NCBI GenBank assembly: GCA_029246985.1
Contig: JAQWMC010000018.1
Coordinates: 1-59,050 of the forward strand
Reading direction: 5' to 3'
Origin: Pirellulales bacterium
GTDB lineage: Bacteria > Planctomycetota > Planctomycetia > Pirellulales > UBA1268
Length of the DNA: 59,050 nt
Both the position numbers and the translations under genes were made by a program. Shown here piece after piece: positions 29,001 through 37,298 of the stretch. The notes beneath the pieces are model-generated. The model saw nothing but the letters and a program-made list of their open reading frames with translations, had not been told where the DNA came from and searched no databases. The stretch's first letter is position 1, and each line of letters opens with the position of its first letter.

Positions 29001-29457
29001 CCTCAGCAGTCTTGATTGCCTCTTCGAGGCTTTCGAGAGCACGTGACGACCCTGCGAGAATCGGGACGCCAGCACGTTCAGCGAGTTCGCGAGCGGCAGT
29101 TTTATCCCCCAGGTTTTCTAAAAGTTCAACTCGTGGTCCAACAAAAATGATTCCAGCTTCGCCACAAGCCCGAGCGAATTGGGCATTTTCCGAAAGGAAC
29201 CCGTAGCCCGGATGAATGGCATCAACGTTGTGTTCTTTCGCAAGGGAAACGATCCCATCAATATCCAGGTAGCTTCGTAACGGTTCGCCAGGGCGTCCGA
29301 CAACATACGCTTCGTCTGCTTTAAAACGGTGTAAAGAGAACCGGTCTTCATGGGCATAAATTGCTACAGTTCGCATTCCGAGTTCATGTGCTGAACGAAA
29401 AACGCGGATGGCAATTTCACTTCGATTCGCAACAAGAAGTTTGCGGATTGGTTGCAT
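26008..29457 (-). CDS. pyc: Pyruvate carboxylase, single-chain
   Basis: 1149 aa with an N-terminal biotin carboxylase (ATP-grasp), a central carboxyltransferase (HFHTHDTSG) and a C-terminal biotinyl domain (EAMKMET). Confidence 0.93.
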   Translation of the reverse strand: MQPIRKLLVANRSEIAIRVFRSAHELGMRTVAIYAHEDRFSLHRFKADEAYVVGRPGEPLRSYLDIDGIVSLAKEHNVDAIHPGYGFLSENAQFARACGEAGIIFVGPRVELLENLGDKTAARELAERAGVPILAGSSRALESLEEAIKTAEELGFPVMLKAAHGGGGRGMRIVRSKEDLPAALESAQRESKTAFGSTSVFIEKFIERARHIEVQLLGDTHGNLVHLYERDCSVQRRHQKVVEVAPAPNISPTIREQICDAAIAIGRTANYENAGTVEFLVDADADRFYFIEVNPRIQVEHTVTEEITGVDIVRRQLQIAAGKKLTDPEIGLGDQSAIRTMGAAIQCRVTTEDPENRFLPDYGRITAYRSASGMGIRLDAGTAFSGAVVTPYFDSLLVKVTARGLSHVETAGHIERCLQEFRVRGVKTNIPFLINLVTHPEFLAGNCTTRFIDETQSLFDFPIRQDRATRLLNFLAETIVNGNPLMKNRQPVVRRSPAIVPAFDSQQAPPAGSRTKLLELGPEKFAASLRSHKCLYLTDTTMRDAHQSLLATRMRSYDMIAVADAYARLAHGLFSLEMWGGATFDTAMRFLKECPWERLTRLREKVPNILFQMLLRASNAVGYTNYPDNVVQGFVRESASAGIDVFRVFDPLNWVPNMEVAMTAVQESGALCEATVCYTGDVLDPKRDKYTLKYYVDLAKELEKRGAHLLAIKDMAGLCKPFAAGRLAKALHDEVGLPIHFHTHDTSGAALASCLEAARHGASIVDAAMAPFAGLTSQPNLNALVEATRNTDLDTGLDPEPLRQLTHYWGAVREHYSPFECGMKAPDADLYLHEMPGGQFTNLLEQARALGLADRWEDVCRTYAEVNQILGDIVKVTPTSKAVGDLALLLVTNDMKASELLENNRELAFPESVVDLLSGRMGQPPGGFPEEVVARVVRNQTIIDGRPGATLPPANMEDATAEVTALVGREASPRDVSSWLLYSRVFQDFAEHRATYGDVAVLPTPDFLEGPKPGEELFVDIEPGKTLVIRLLTVGEAHADGTRTVFFELNGQPRSVSVIDRTLEGTIQQRPKADVGNPRDIGAPMPGLIVTVAVKPGDTVKKGDKILSLEAMKMETTVYAEQDGTLSEVLVSPGSPVEAGELIARYADD

Positions 29458-29681
29458 AACAATGACTTTGTATTCAATGGAAAAATTAATTCATCGCTCA
29501 AAAACGACGGTTACGGCACAGGAGGGTTTTTAGGTGACAAAAAGCCTATGTCAGGCGTGTCTCATAAACCATGCTGCCCAAAAATCCTGCTTAGTTCCTC
29601 ATCGTACCGTGCGTTCGCAGTCGGTCATACAGGGGAGACGTGACGCCGAGGAATAATGGCCTCTTGGAATCGGCGGTGGGT

Positions 29682-29703
29682 ATCGTTCACGTACGTGAAC
29701 GAT
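29682..29703. promoter_or_regulatory. 22-bp perfect palindrome ATCGTTCACGT|ACGTGAACGAT spanning the tsaB stop codon
   Basis: All 11 base pairs were checked position by position. It is not followed by a U-tract on the tsaB strand. Confidence 0.6.
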
Positions 29704-30442
29704 CTTCAGCGTAGCTGGCTCTTAGATATGCTGGCGTCAATTCAGCTGGCGGAGTAGTTATGCCATTTTCAAATGTTGCCAGACCAATACAAGATAATGT
29801 GCGGGCATGTGGATACCATGCCGTTTTTGGTGGGACTTTCAGTGTTCCGGGGTTGTTATTTATTTCATGGATACTGTCGTGTTGCATGGCAAGACCCGGA
29901 CCGGTGACGAGGGATCCTGGAGCCAACGTTTTATGCCATTCGTCAGGTTTCCTTAACGTGCCCTCACTAATCTTCCATATGAGGCTGTCCGCTGGTCGTG
30001 ACGCTGTTGTGGCGTAGAGTTCGCCGCGGCCAGCATCAAAAACAACCTCCACTTGATCGTACGAACCGCATTCTGCAACGGCCTGAGTTGCTAGGCAGCA
30101 TGCCGTTGGAACGCCTACAAGAGAGCAGCCATTCGTCCAGGCAAGTGCCTTCGCTGTCGTGACGCCTACTCTCAGGCCCGTAAAAGGCCCGGGGCCTGTT
30201 GCGACAACAACAAGGTCAACCTCATTGAGTGGCCAGCCAGCTGATTCAATGATTGCAACAAGAGTTGGCATGAGGTGTCGTCCCTGGCCGCCCTCTTCAG
30301 GGAGCTGAGATTCCTGTAAAAGGAAATTTTCGAAACGACCTGACTCGGGTTTTCTGGCGTCGTGTGACGGCAGAGTCCCAACTGCCACGCTGCCCGGGCT
30401 AGTGCTGGTCTCGATAGCTAGAAACTTATGAATTGAGGGCAT
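29687..30442 (-). CDS. tsaB: tRNA N6-threonylcarbamoyladenosine biosynthesis protein TsaB
   Basis: N-terminus LAIETSTSPGSVAV and GPGPFTGLRVGV. Confidence 0.8.
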   Translation of the reverse strand: MPSIHKFLAIETSTSPGSVAVGTLPSHDARKPESGRFENFLLQESQLPEEGGQGRHLMPTLVAIIESAGWPLNEVDLVVVATGPGPFTGLRVGVTTAKALAWTNGCSLVGVPTACCLATQAVAECGSYDQVEVVFDAGRGELYATTASRPADSLIWKISEGTLRKPDEWHKTLAPGSLVTGPGLAMQHDSIHEINNNPGTLKVPPKTAWYPHARTLSCIGLATFENGITTPPAELTPAYLRASYAEDRSRT

Positions 30443-30659
30443 GTGGAGAGTCTGCTTGACCGCAACCGAACAGTGAACAAAACTTAAGGTATTATTATGG
30501 AGTATGTTGATTCAGAGAACACTCTAGAAAAATCGGATTTGCCGTTTATTTTTGGTGTGTCAAATTTTTCTGTACTGTTTTTCGGCGTCTTAGCGTGTGC
30601 CCTGTTAGATCGCCACAACACTGATTACTTGAGGCTGATCCAGCGACAGGGAAGTATTT

Positions 30660-31430
30660 GTGAAGATTGCACTGATTAGTGACATTCATGGAAATCTGGA
30701 GGCACTCACTGCAGTTCTCCAGGATATTGAAAAACAGAGCGTTGATGCTCTTTACTGCCTTGGCGACATCGTTGGCTATGGCCCGAATCCATGCGAGTGT
30801 CTTTCTACTGTTCGTGAGCGATGTGAGAAGATAATTCTCGGGAATCATGATCAAGCGGCCTTATTTGATCCAGATGGATTTAATGTAGGAGCAGAACGAG
30901 CGATTCGCTGGACCCGTGACCAACTTGAGTCTCATGATCAGCGAGTGCGTCGATCAGAGGATAACCTCTTCGATTTCCTTGGTGAATTACCAAGGAGTTT
31001 CAAGGAAGGGGAAATGCTTTTTGTTCATGGATCAGCACGCCGGCCGCTCGATGAGTACGTGTTTCCTGAAGATGTCTACAACCCACTGAAACTGAAGCAC
31101 ATTTTCGAACTGGTGTCTCGCCTCTGCTTTCAAGGGCATACGCACATTCCGGGAGTCTTCACTATCGCGCCGGAATTTGTGGCTGCGGCTGTTGGACCGG
31201 GCACGACTGAGGTCAGGATGGTCTTGCCAGCCACTAAGGCCATGATCAACGTTGGGTCTGTTGGACAGCCCAGGGATAATGATCCTCGATCCTGTTATGT
31301 CATTGTTGAAGATTTTGAAACCGTGCGTTATCGGCGGATACAATACGATATGAAGGTGACCTGCGACAAGATTTACAATATCCCTGAACTGGACAACTTT
31401 CTCGGTGATCGGCTGTTAGTAGGGCGTTAA
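30660..31430 (+). CDS. Metallophosphoesterase family protein (YfcE/MJ0936-like)
   Basis: Calcineurin-like motifs DIHGN, GDIVGYG, GNHD and GHTH. GTG start. Confidence 0.85.
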   Translation: MKIALISDIHGNLEALTAVLQDIEKQSVDALYCLGDIVGYGPNPCECLSTVRERCEKIILGNHDQAALFDPDGFNVGAERAIRWTRDQLESHDQRVRRSEDNLFDFLGELPRSFKEGEMLFVHGSARRPLDEYVFPEDVYNPLKLKHIFELVSRLCFQGHTHIPGVFTIAPEFVAAAVGPGTTEVRMVLPATKAMINVGSVGQPRDNDPRSCYVIVEDFETVRYRRIQYDMKVTCDKIYNIPELDNFLGDRLLVGR

Positions 31431-31503
31431 TAAAAACAGAAGACGCCCCCTCCTGATTGAACCGAAAACAGGCTACACTACCCTTTTTTCCCGCTGGATT
31501 ACC

Positions 31504-33849
31504 GTGGAACGACGCTACGCTGTTTTTATCGCTCTTTCATTGGCTGCTGTTCTCGGCAGTCAGGTCATGCGCTCAATTCTATTTCCGCAGGCAGAAGAAA
31601 AGCCGCCTGTTGTAAAGCCGGTCGTGGATGGCGATGCAAAAGCACAGCAAAACCCTGTCAAACCAAAAGAAGAGCGTGATCCTACCACTGAAGAACCCAA
31701 TGGTTCTGCTGGAGATCCACCAACAAATGAACCTGGAAGTGAAGCAACACCAGATTCGGAGCCTTCGGTAACACAATCGGCACCACGTCGTCATCTGTCA
31801 CTGGGGTCACTGAATCCTGATGCCCCGGCCGGTATGCTGGTGACGCTGTCAAGTCGTGGCGCGACTGTTGAGCGTATTGAATTAGCAGGTGAACAGTTTC
31901 ATGATCAGGATGATCGCGGGGCTTACATTGGTCACTTCGCGGCAGACATCGTTCCTGAGGGATGCCGACTCAATGTTGTTGGTGATGGGACACCAGCAAA
32001 AATCGGAGGGCTTCAGGCTGGGGATGTTATTGTTCGCGTAGCAGATTCAACGACTCCTGATCCTCAGAGCCTTGCAGCTGTTCTGTCCCGCTTGAAACCT
32101 CGCCAGACTGTTTCTATTACCTTCCGTCGGCCACAAGGAGAGGCACTTGGTCGAGAACAAACTGTCGATGTACAGGCAACGCGGCGTCCCCTGGAGGTGA
32201 TACGCCCAGAGTTCAGTACTGTTCCAGTCGTCGATGTAAATGCGGGTTTTCACGATCCACTCTCCTTTCGTTTGTCGATCGCATCCCGTGATGGGCAAAA
32301 GCGTCCCGAAGACGGTGAGATAGAGGGTAATAAACTTGGACAAAAAGATTGGGAAGCAACCGTTTCAGGTGACGGAAGGTCTGTCGAGTTTCGTCGAACG
32401 CTCGATGGGGACCTGACTGTAGTAAAGCAGTATCGCCTTGTTACGGCAGCAGATGATCCAGTCGGTCTTGTTGAGAATGCCCGTGCAGGACGGTATCGGC
32501 TGCAGCTTCGGGTGTCTTTCAAGGCGTCCCAAAAGACTCAGCTTGAGTACGCAATTGACGGCCCAAACGGTCTGCCAACAGAAGGGTGGTGGTATGCAGC
32601 TCGAGTGTCACGTTCATGGGGTTCATTAGGCGTGCGAGATGTCGCAATGCGTTTTGTTGGAGAGCCATCGACGCTTATTAGTGGGCTGACTTTGACGGAT
32701 GAAGATGCTGAACAAACGGCGAGTGCGATTCTTGATGAAAAGCCACTTTCATTTGCTGGTGTAGATGCCTTGTATTTTGCGAGTGGGTTGCTACCAGCAG
32801 TTGAAGGCGCCGAGATTCCGCAACTTGCAGAGGTGCAGTCGGTCATCGTTGGAGATGTGCCAGAGGCCGCGCGTCGGAAGTTGGTCAATGTGAGTTGTCG
32901 ATTACTATCCCGGGAATTACAGCTCGAACCGGATGTGCCAGTGACACATCGATTCGACATATTTGCTGGGCCAAAGCGTCCAAGTTTGCTTGCAACGTTT
33001 GGTCGTCCGCAGGCGTCCATGAATGATCTGGTGTATTACGGCTGGTTTGGCTGGGTTGCGAGGCCAATGATCGCAATTCTTCATGTTCTTCATGCCATCA
33101 TTCGGAACTATGGAATCGCGATTATTCTTCTCACCGTGATTGTTCGCGGTGCAATGTTTCCAATCAGTCGGAAGCAGGCATTGTCCTCACAAAAAATGCA
33201 GGTGCTTCAGCCCGAAATGAAGGCTATTGCAGAAAAATATAAGAACGATCCTCAAAAACGCACGATGGTTACCCAAGAGCTTTGGCGAAAGCACAACTAC
33301 AACCCAGCCGGTGGGTGCCTTCTGGTGTTTATCCAGATTCCTATCTTTATGGGGCTCTATCGGTCGTTGGCGACAGATGTCGAACTCAGGCAAGCACCAC
33401 TGTTCACATCGGCCATCCGCTGGTGCTCCAACCTTGCTGCACCAGACATGATGCTCGATTGGTCGGGCTTTATGCCTGGCTTCCTGGTCGCTCCTGAAGG
33501 GTGGCTTGGTCCCTATCTAAACCTCTTTCCGTTGCTTACGATTGGACTCTTCTTGTGGCAGCAGAAGCTCTTTATGCCACCTGCCGTTGATGAACAGGCA
33601 AAGATGCAGCAGCAGGTAATGAAGTACATGATGTTCTTTATGGCACTTATGTTTTTTAAGGTTCCGTGTGGTTTATGCCTCTATTTTATTGCATCAAGTC
33701 TCTGGGGCATTGCTGAACGACTACTACTCCCGACTCCGAAGCCTGGTGGTGCACTTGCTGGGGCAGGAGGACCGACCGTAGTAGATGCAGTCAGCAGTAA
33801 ACCAGGTGAGCGATCCTCAGGTGGGCGGAAACGTCGAAAACGCCGGTAG
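31504..33849 (+). CDS. yidC: Membrane protein insertase YidC with an enlarged periplasmic domain containing a PDZ-like insert
   Basis: N-terminal TM segment and a large periplasmic region. The C-terminal 5-TM core has ILLTVIVRGAMFPIS and IQIPIFMGLYR and a basic tail. The gene lies upstream of mnmE, as in many bacteria. Confidence 0.9.
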   Translation: MERRYAVFIALSLAAVLGSQVMRSILFPQAEEKPPVVKPVVDGDAKAQQNPVKPKEERDPTTEEPNGSAGDPPTNEPGSEATPDSEPSVTQSAPRRHLSLGSLNPDAPAGMLVTLSSRGATVERIELAGEQFHDQDDRGAYIGHFAADIVPEGCRLNVVGDGTPAKIGGLQAGDVIVRVADSTTPDPQSLAAVLSRLKPRQTVSITFRRPQGEALGREQTVDVQATRRPLEVIRPEFSTVPVVDVNAGFHDPLSFRLSIASRDGQKRPEDGEIEGNKLGQKDWEATVSGDGRSVEFRRTLDGDLTVVKQYRLVTAADDPVGLVENARAGRYRLQLRVSFKASQKTQLEYAIDGPNGLPTEGWWYAARVSRSWGSLGVRDVAMRFVGEPSTLISGLTLTDEDAEQTASAILDEKPLSFAGVDALYFASGLLPAVEGAEIPQLAEVQSVIVGDVPEAARRKLVNVSCRLLSRELQLEPDVPVTHRFDIFAGPKRPSLLATFGRPQASMNDLVYYGWFGWVARPMIAILHVLHAIIRNYGIAIILLTVIVRGAMFPISRKQALSSQKMQVLQPEMKAIAEKYKNDPQKRTMVTQELWRKHNYNPAGGCLLVFIQIPIFMGLYRSLATDVELRQAPLFTSAIRWCSNLAAPDMMLDWSGFMPGFLVAPEGWLGPYLNLFPLLTIGLFLWQQKLFMPPAVDEQAKMQQQVMKYMMFFMALMFFKVPCGLCLYFIASSLWGIAERLLLPTPKPGGALAGAGGPTVVDAVSSKPGERSSGGRKRRKRR

Positions 33850-33925
33850 ACTGTAGGCCGCGTTCATCCGAGTTATTCCTGTTCGGTACCTGCTTCTCAC
33901 CACTGTCTACTCCAGCTTGGTTGTC

Positions 33926-35356
33926 ATGGACTCCACGACTGATCTTATTGTTGCTCCAGCAACGGCTCCCCAGCCATCTGCACGGTCCATTGTGCGTTTT
34001 GCAGGAGACGGCCTCAGCGGTGTCTTGTGTCATCTTTTCCTTTCTGCTGACGGATCACCACTTCAGTTACCTGATCTGCAGCAGTCTGCACGGATGATAG
34101 ATGTGGTATTTCATCCCAAATCACTTGGATCGGTTTGGGGAAAAGTTTCTGTTGCCATGCTATTTTGGCCTGGCCCTGCTGGGCCATTGGGATCTGCAGT
34201 CGCTGAGGTGCAACTCCCTGGATCGGCCCCCCTGCAAGCGGCTTTCGTGCAGGAAGCCTGCCGGCTCGGAGCTCGATTGGCACGCGGTGGAGAGTTTTCT
34301 CTGCGGAGTTTTCTTGCGGGAAAAATTGACTTGCTTCAGGCAGAGGCAGTTGTTGCCGTTGTTGATGCTCGCACGCCACAGGAATTATCTCAAGCACTCG
34401 ACCGTATGGCGGGAGGCGTTGGTCGATCAGTCGAGGAACTACGGGAATATCTGCTTGATCTTGTTGCCGATATTGAAGCAGCAATTGATTTTGCGGATGA
34501 TCTCGCGCCTGATGCTGTTCCAGTTCCAGATACTACTCAGGACGCAATCACTCCGAAGATTCGGCATGTATGTCAACAATTGGATAGTATCACCGATCAG
34601 TTAACCGGTCGCGATAGTGGAGGCCAGGGTGGTTTGCCGAGGGTGGTTCTGGCGGGTGCACCGAATATTGGTAAGAGCAGTCTCTTTAATCATTTGGTTG
34701 GTCGTGATGCTGCACTTGTAGAAAATGCAGTTGGAACAACACGTGATTGGATTACCGGCGAGTTGTACGACACTTCAGGGATCGTATCGTGCCTTCTTGT
34801 CGATCTTGCAGGCATCGGCGGGTTTTCGGAACCCGGTGATTGCCTCATAGCTGAGCGCGAAGTGGGAATGGAAGCTGACCGAGTTGCCAGGGAAGAGATA
34901 CAACGGGCAGATATTATTGTCGCATGTTACGATGCTGACACAGAGCCTGCCGATGCTATCGCTGGTGGAATGACGGCCGAATGCATTGATGTCATAACCC
35001 GTGTGGATCAAACACAAGCTGAAAACGCAACGGCCAGCCCCCAGGATCGCATCCAAACAAGCGTGAAATCAGGTGTTGGAATTGACCAACTGAGGCAACG
35101 AATTCTCGAGACGGTTTCATCCCTCAATCGCGAGACACCTGCGACGATCCGGCTTCGTGCAGGAATTACATCAGCATGTGAATCACTCGTTCAGGCTGAA
35201 AAAAGTATGGCTGGTTGTGATGGTCTGCCGCCGGATGAAGCGTTGCTTGCAGTCCTTCTCAGACATGCCATTGACGCGCTCGGTGAGGTAACAGGCGCCG
35301 TGGTGGGAACAGACATTCTCGACCGGGTCTTTTCACGACACTGCATTGGCAAGTAG
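33926..35356 (+). CDS. mnmE: tRNA uridine-5-carboxymethylaminomethyl modification GTPase MnmE
   Basis: G1 motif GAPNIGKSSLFN and the invariant C-terminal CIGK. ATG at 33926 is preferred; TTG at 33917 is an alternative. Confidence 0.9.
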   Translation: MDSTTDLIVAPATAPQPSARSIVRFAGDGLSGVLCHLFLSADGSPLQLPDLQQSARMIDVVFHPKSLGSVWGKVSVAMLFWPGPAGPLGSAVAEVQLPGSAPLQAAFVQEACRLGARLARGGEFSLRSFLAGKIDLLQAEAVVAVVDARTPQELSQALDRMAGGVGRSVEELREYLLDLVADIEAAIDFADDLAPDAVPVPDTTQDAITPKIRHVCQQLDSITDQLTGRDSGGQGGLPRVVLAGAPNIGKSSLFNHLVGRDAALVENAVGTTRDWITGELYDTSGIVSCLLVDLAGIGGFSEPGDCLIAEREVGMEADRVAREEIQRADIIVACYDADTEPADAIAGGMTAECIDVITRVDQTQAENATASPQDRIQTSVKSGVGIDQLRQRILETVSSLNRETPATIRLRAGITSACESLVQAEKSMAGCDGLPPDEALLAVLLRHAIDALGEVTGAVVGTDILDRVFSRHCIGK

Positions 35357-35519
35357 CGTGAACACGTTCACCAGAAACGTTTCGTATACTGGAAGTAATT
35401 TCAGGCGTATAGTTCTTCAATGGTTTGCGTATCAGTGAAAAGGCCGATTGTGTTTATTTTGTGCACGTGCTTCAGTGAAGCACGTTTGCTTGCTATACGA
35501 CTACAAAGAGGAAATCATA

Positions 35520-37229
35520 ATGCACGCCGAGTTTGATATGGCCTCTGAATGTCAGCAATTATCACGTGCAGCGGATCGCTGGAGGAGTGTCCCCCCACGT
35601 GAACGAGCAGAACTCGCAATGAGAACAGCTCAGTCAATTGGAAGTGAATCAGATGCTTGGGTTCGCGCTGCTGTCGCAATGAAATCAGCAGGTTCTGATG
35701 GTCAGGATGCATGCACTGACCACCTTCGTTCGGTGCTGCGGGCAGAGGAATGTGCAACCGGTCCTGTTGTGACCTTACGTCTTTTGTTCCTCACCGCTCA
35801 AGCGTTACAAAGTATTGGCAAAACCGGTGTGCCTGATGTGTCTGTTCGGCCTCGTATGACGCACGGGCAGAATCAAATTCATGAATCACCATTTGGGTCA
35901 CCGTCTTCATTTGTCGCCGTGGACGTCCTGCCTGTGAGCAAACTTTACGACCCCACAATCTTTCGAGGTCATCGAGCAACAGTTCGTTGCTCGAATACGG
36001 GCAGTGTTGAAACTTTCATGAAGCTTTGGCAGGAGGAGTGTCGGCCGAGTCCAGATGCGGAGGGAGTCGCTGTTGTTCTCGGCGCAGGGAATGTCACGGG
36101 CTTGGCCGCAGCGGATGCTGTGAGTCAAATCTTTGAACATAGCCGTGCTGTTTTACTCAAGCTTCATCCGGTACAGGTTTCTCTTGCGCCGGTTTTGCGG
36201 GCTGCATTGAGCCCGCTTGTAGAGGCGGGACTTCTTCGTGTTGTCGTTGGAGGTGCGGCACTTGTATGTGATGCAATCAGTGCTCAGGAAGTGACAGCGA
36301 TGCATCTTACAGGGGGAGAGGAAACATTTAGGAACATTGTTTCGAGTAATAAAAGTGAGCTACGTACCAAGGAAATTACCTGTGAACTTGGCAATGTCAC
36401 TCCATGGATTATTGTTCCCGGAAACTATTCAGAGAAAGACCTTTTTTTTCAGGCAGACCAGATCGCGGCATCGATTGCAAATAACTCGTCTTTTAATTGT
36501 ATTGCGACAAAAGTTGTCTTGACGAGTCGACACTGGGCCCAACGGCAACGTTTTCTTGATCGTATTGAACAGCGTCTAAGAAGTCTGCCAGCTCGACCGG
36601 CATGGTATCCAGGTGCTGCAGATCTTCACCAAAAGGCCACTAGTGATCCCGTTTCAGATGGGTGTTTGCAGCCGAAGCTTCTTCGAGATGTTCATCGAGA
36701 GTCACACCCCCATTGGTTTGCTCGAGAATGGTTTATTCCAATTGCGGTTGAGACAACTGTAGAAGGAAAATCGATCGAAGATTTTTGTGTGGCTGTCTCT
36801 CATGTTGTGCATGATCTACCTGGAAACCTCGCAGCAAGTGTGACGCGTCCTGATGGAATGGCGACACATGATGAGTCTCGTGTCGAGCTGTTGATAGAGC
36901 ATTTGCGGTATGGAGTCGTTGCCGTAAACGCTTGGTCGGCGCTCGCTTATGCAGTAGCGAATATTCCCTGGGGTGGTTTTCCAGGTGGTACTATTGAGGC
37001 TCCTGAAAGCGGCTTGGGGTATGTTCATAATCCATACTTTTTGCCCTTGGTCCAAAATTCGATTCTTCGAGCACCGCTGCGGGTTTGGCCAACGCCGCCA
37101 TGGTTTCCCTGGCATAGGAAGGGAGGGCGGCTTGCTGGAGGAGTTGCAGAGATGTATTCAGCTATCGCGGCAGGGAAGAGTGGGCTCTGGAACCTGGTTG
37201 GAATGTTGCCAGATGTTTTTCGAGGGTGA
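35520..37229 (+). CDS. Aldehyde dehydrogenase superfamily protein (long, atypical)
   Basis: ELG-type motif (CELGNVTP) and a candidate catalytic Cys (SFNCIATK). AAAGAGGAAA precedes ATG at 35520. The substrate is unknown. Confidence 0.65.
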   Translation: MHAEFDMASECQQLSRAADRWRSVPPRERAELAMRTAQSIGSESDAWVRAAVAMKSAGSDGQDACTDHLRSVLRAEECATGPVVTLRLLFLTAQALQSIGKTGVPDVSVRPRMTHGQNQIHESPFGSPSSFVAVDVLPVSKLYDPTIFRGHRATVRCSNTGSVETFMKLWQEECRPSPDAEGVAVVLGAGNVTGLAAADAVSQIFEHSRAVLLKLHPVQVSLAPVLRAALSPLVEAGLLRVVVGGAALVCDAISAQEVTAMHLTGGEETFRNIVSSNKSELRTKEITCELGNVTPWIIVPGNYSEKDLFFQADQIAASIANNSSFNCIATKVVLTSRHWAQRQRFLDRIEQRLRSLPARPAWYPGAADLHQKATSDPVSDGCLQPKLLRDVHRESHPHWFAREWFIPIAVETTVEGKSIEDFCVAVSHVVHDLPGNLAASVTRPDGMATHDESRVELLIEHLRYGVVAVNAWSALAYAVANIPWGGFPGGTIEAPESGLGYVHNPYFLPLVQNSILRAPLRVWPTPPWFPWHRKGGRLAGGVAEMYSAIAAGKSGLWNLVGMLPDVFRG

Positions 37230-37298
37230 GCAAGCTTCCTTGTCTATGTCTCCTTTGCAGGAGAATATGAACGTCGTGTAGGCCTCGCTCGTATTCCT

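Noticed and set aside
30497-30679. 60-aa ORF with one hydrophobic segment, overlapping the GTG start of the metallophosphoesterase gene by 20 nt
   Set aside because: It is short, lies in an A/T-rich spacer, has only a weak ribosome-binding site and shows no motif. It could be a small membrane protein, but I cannot support that from sequence alone.
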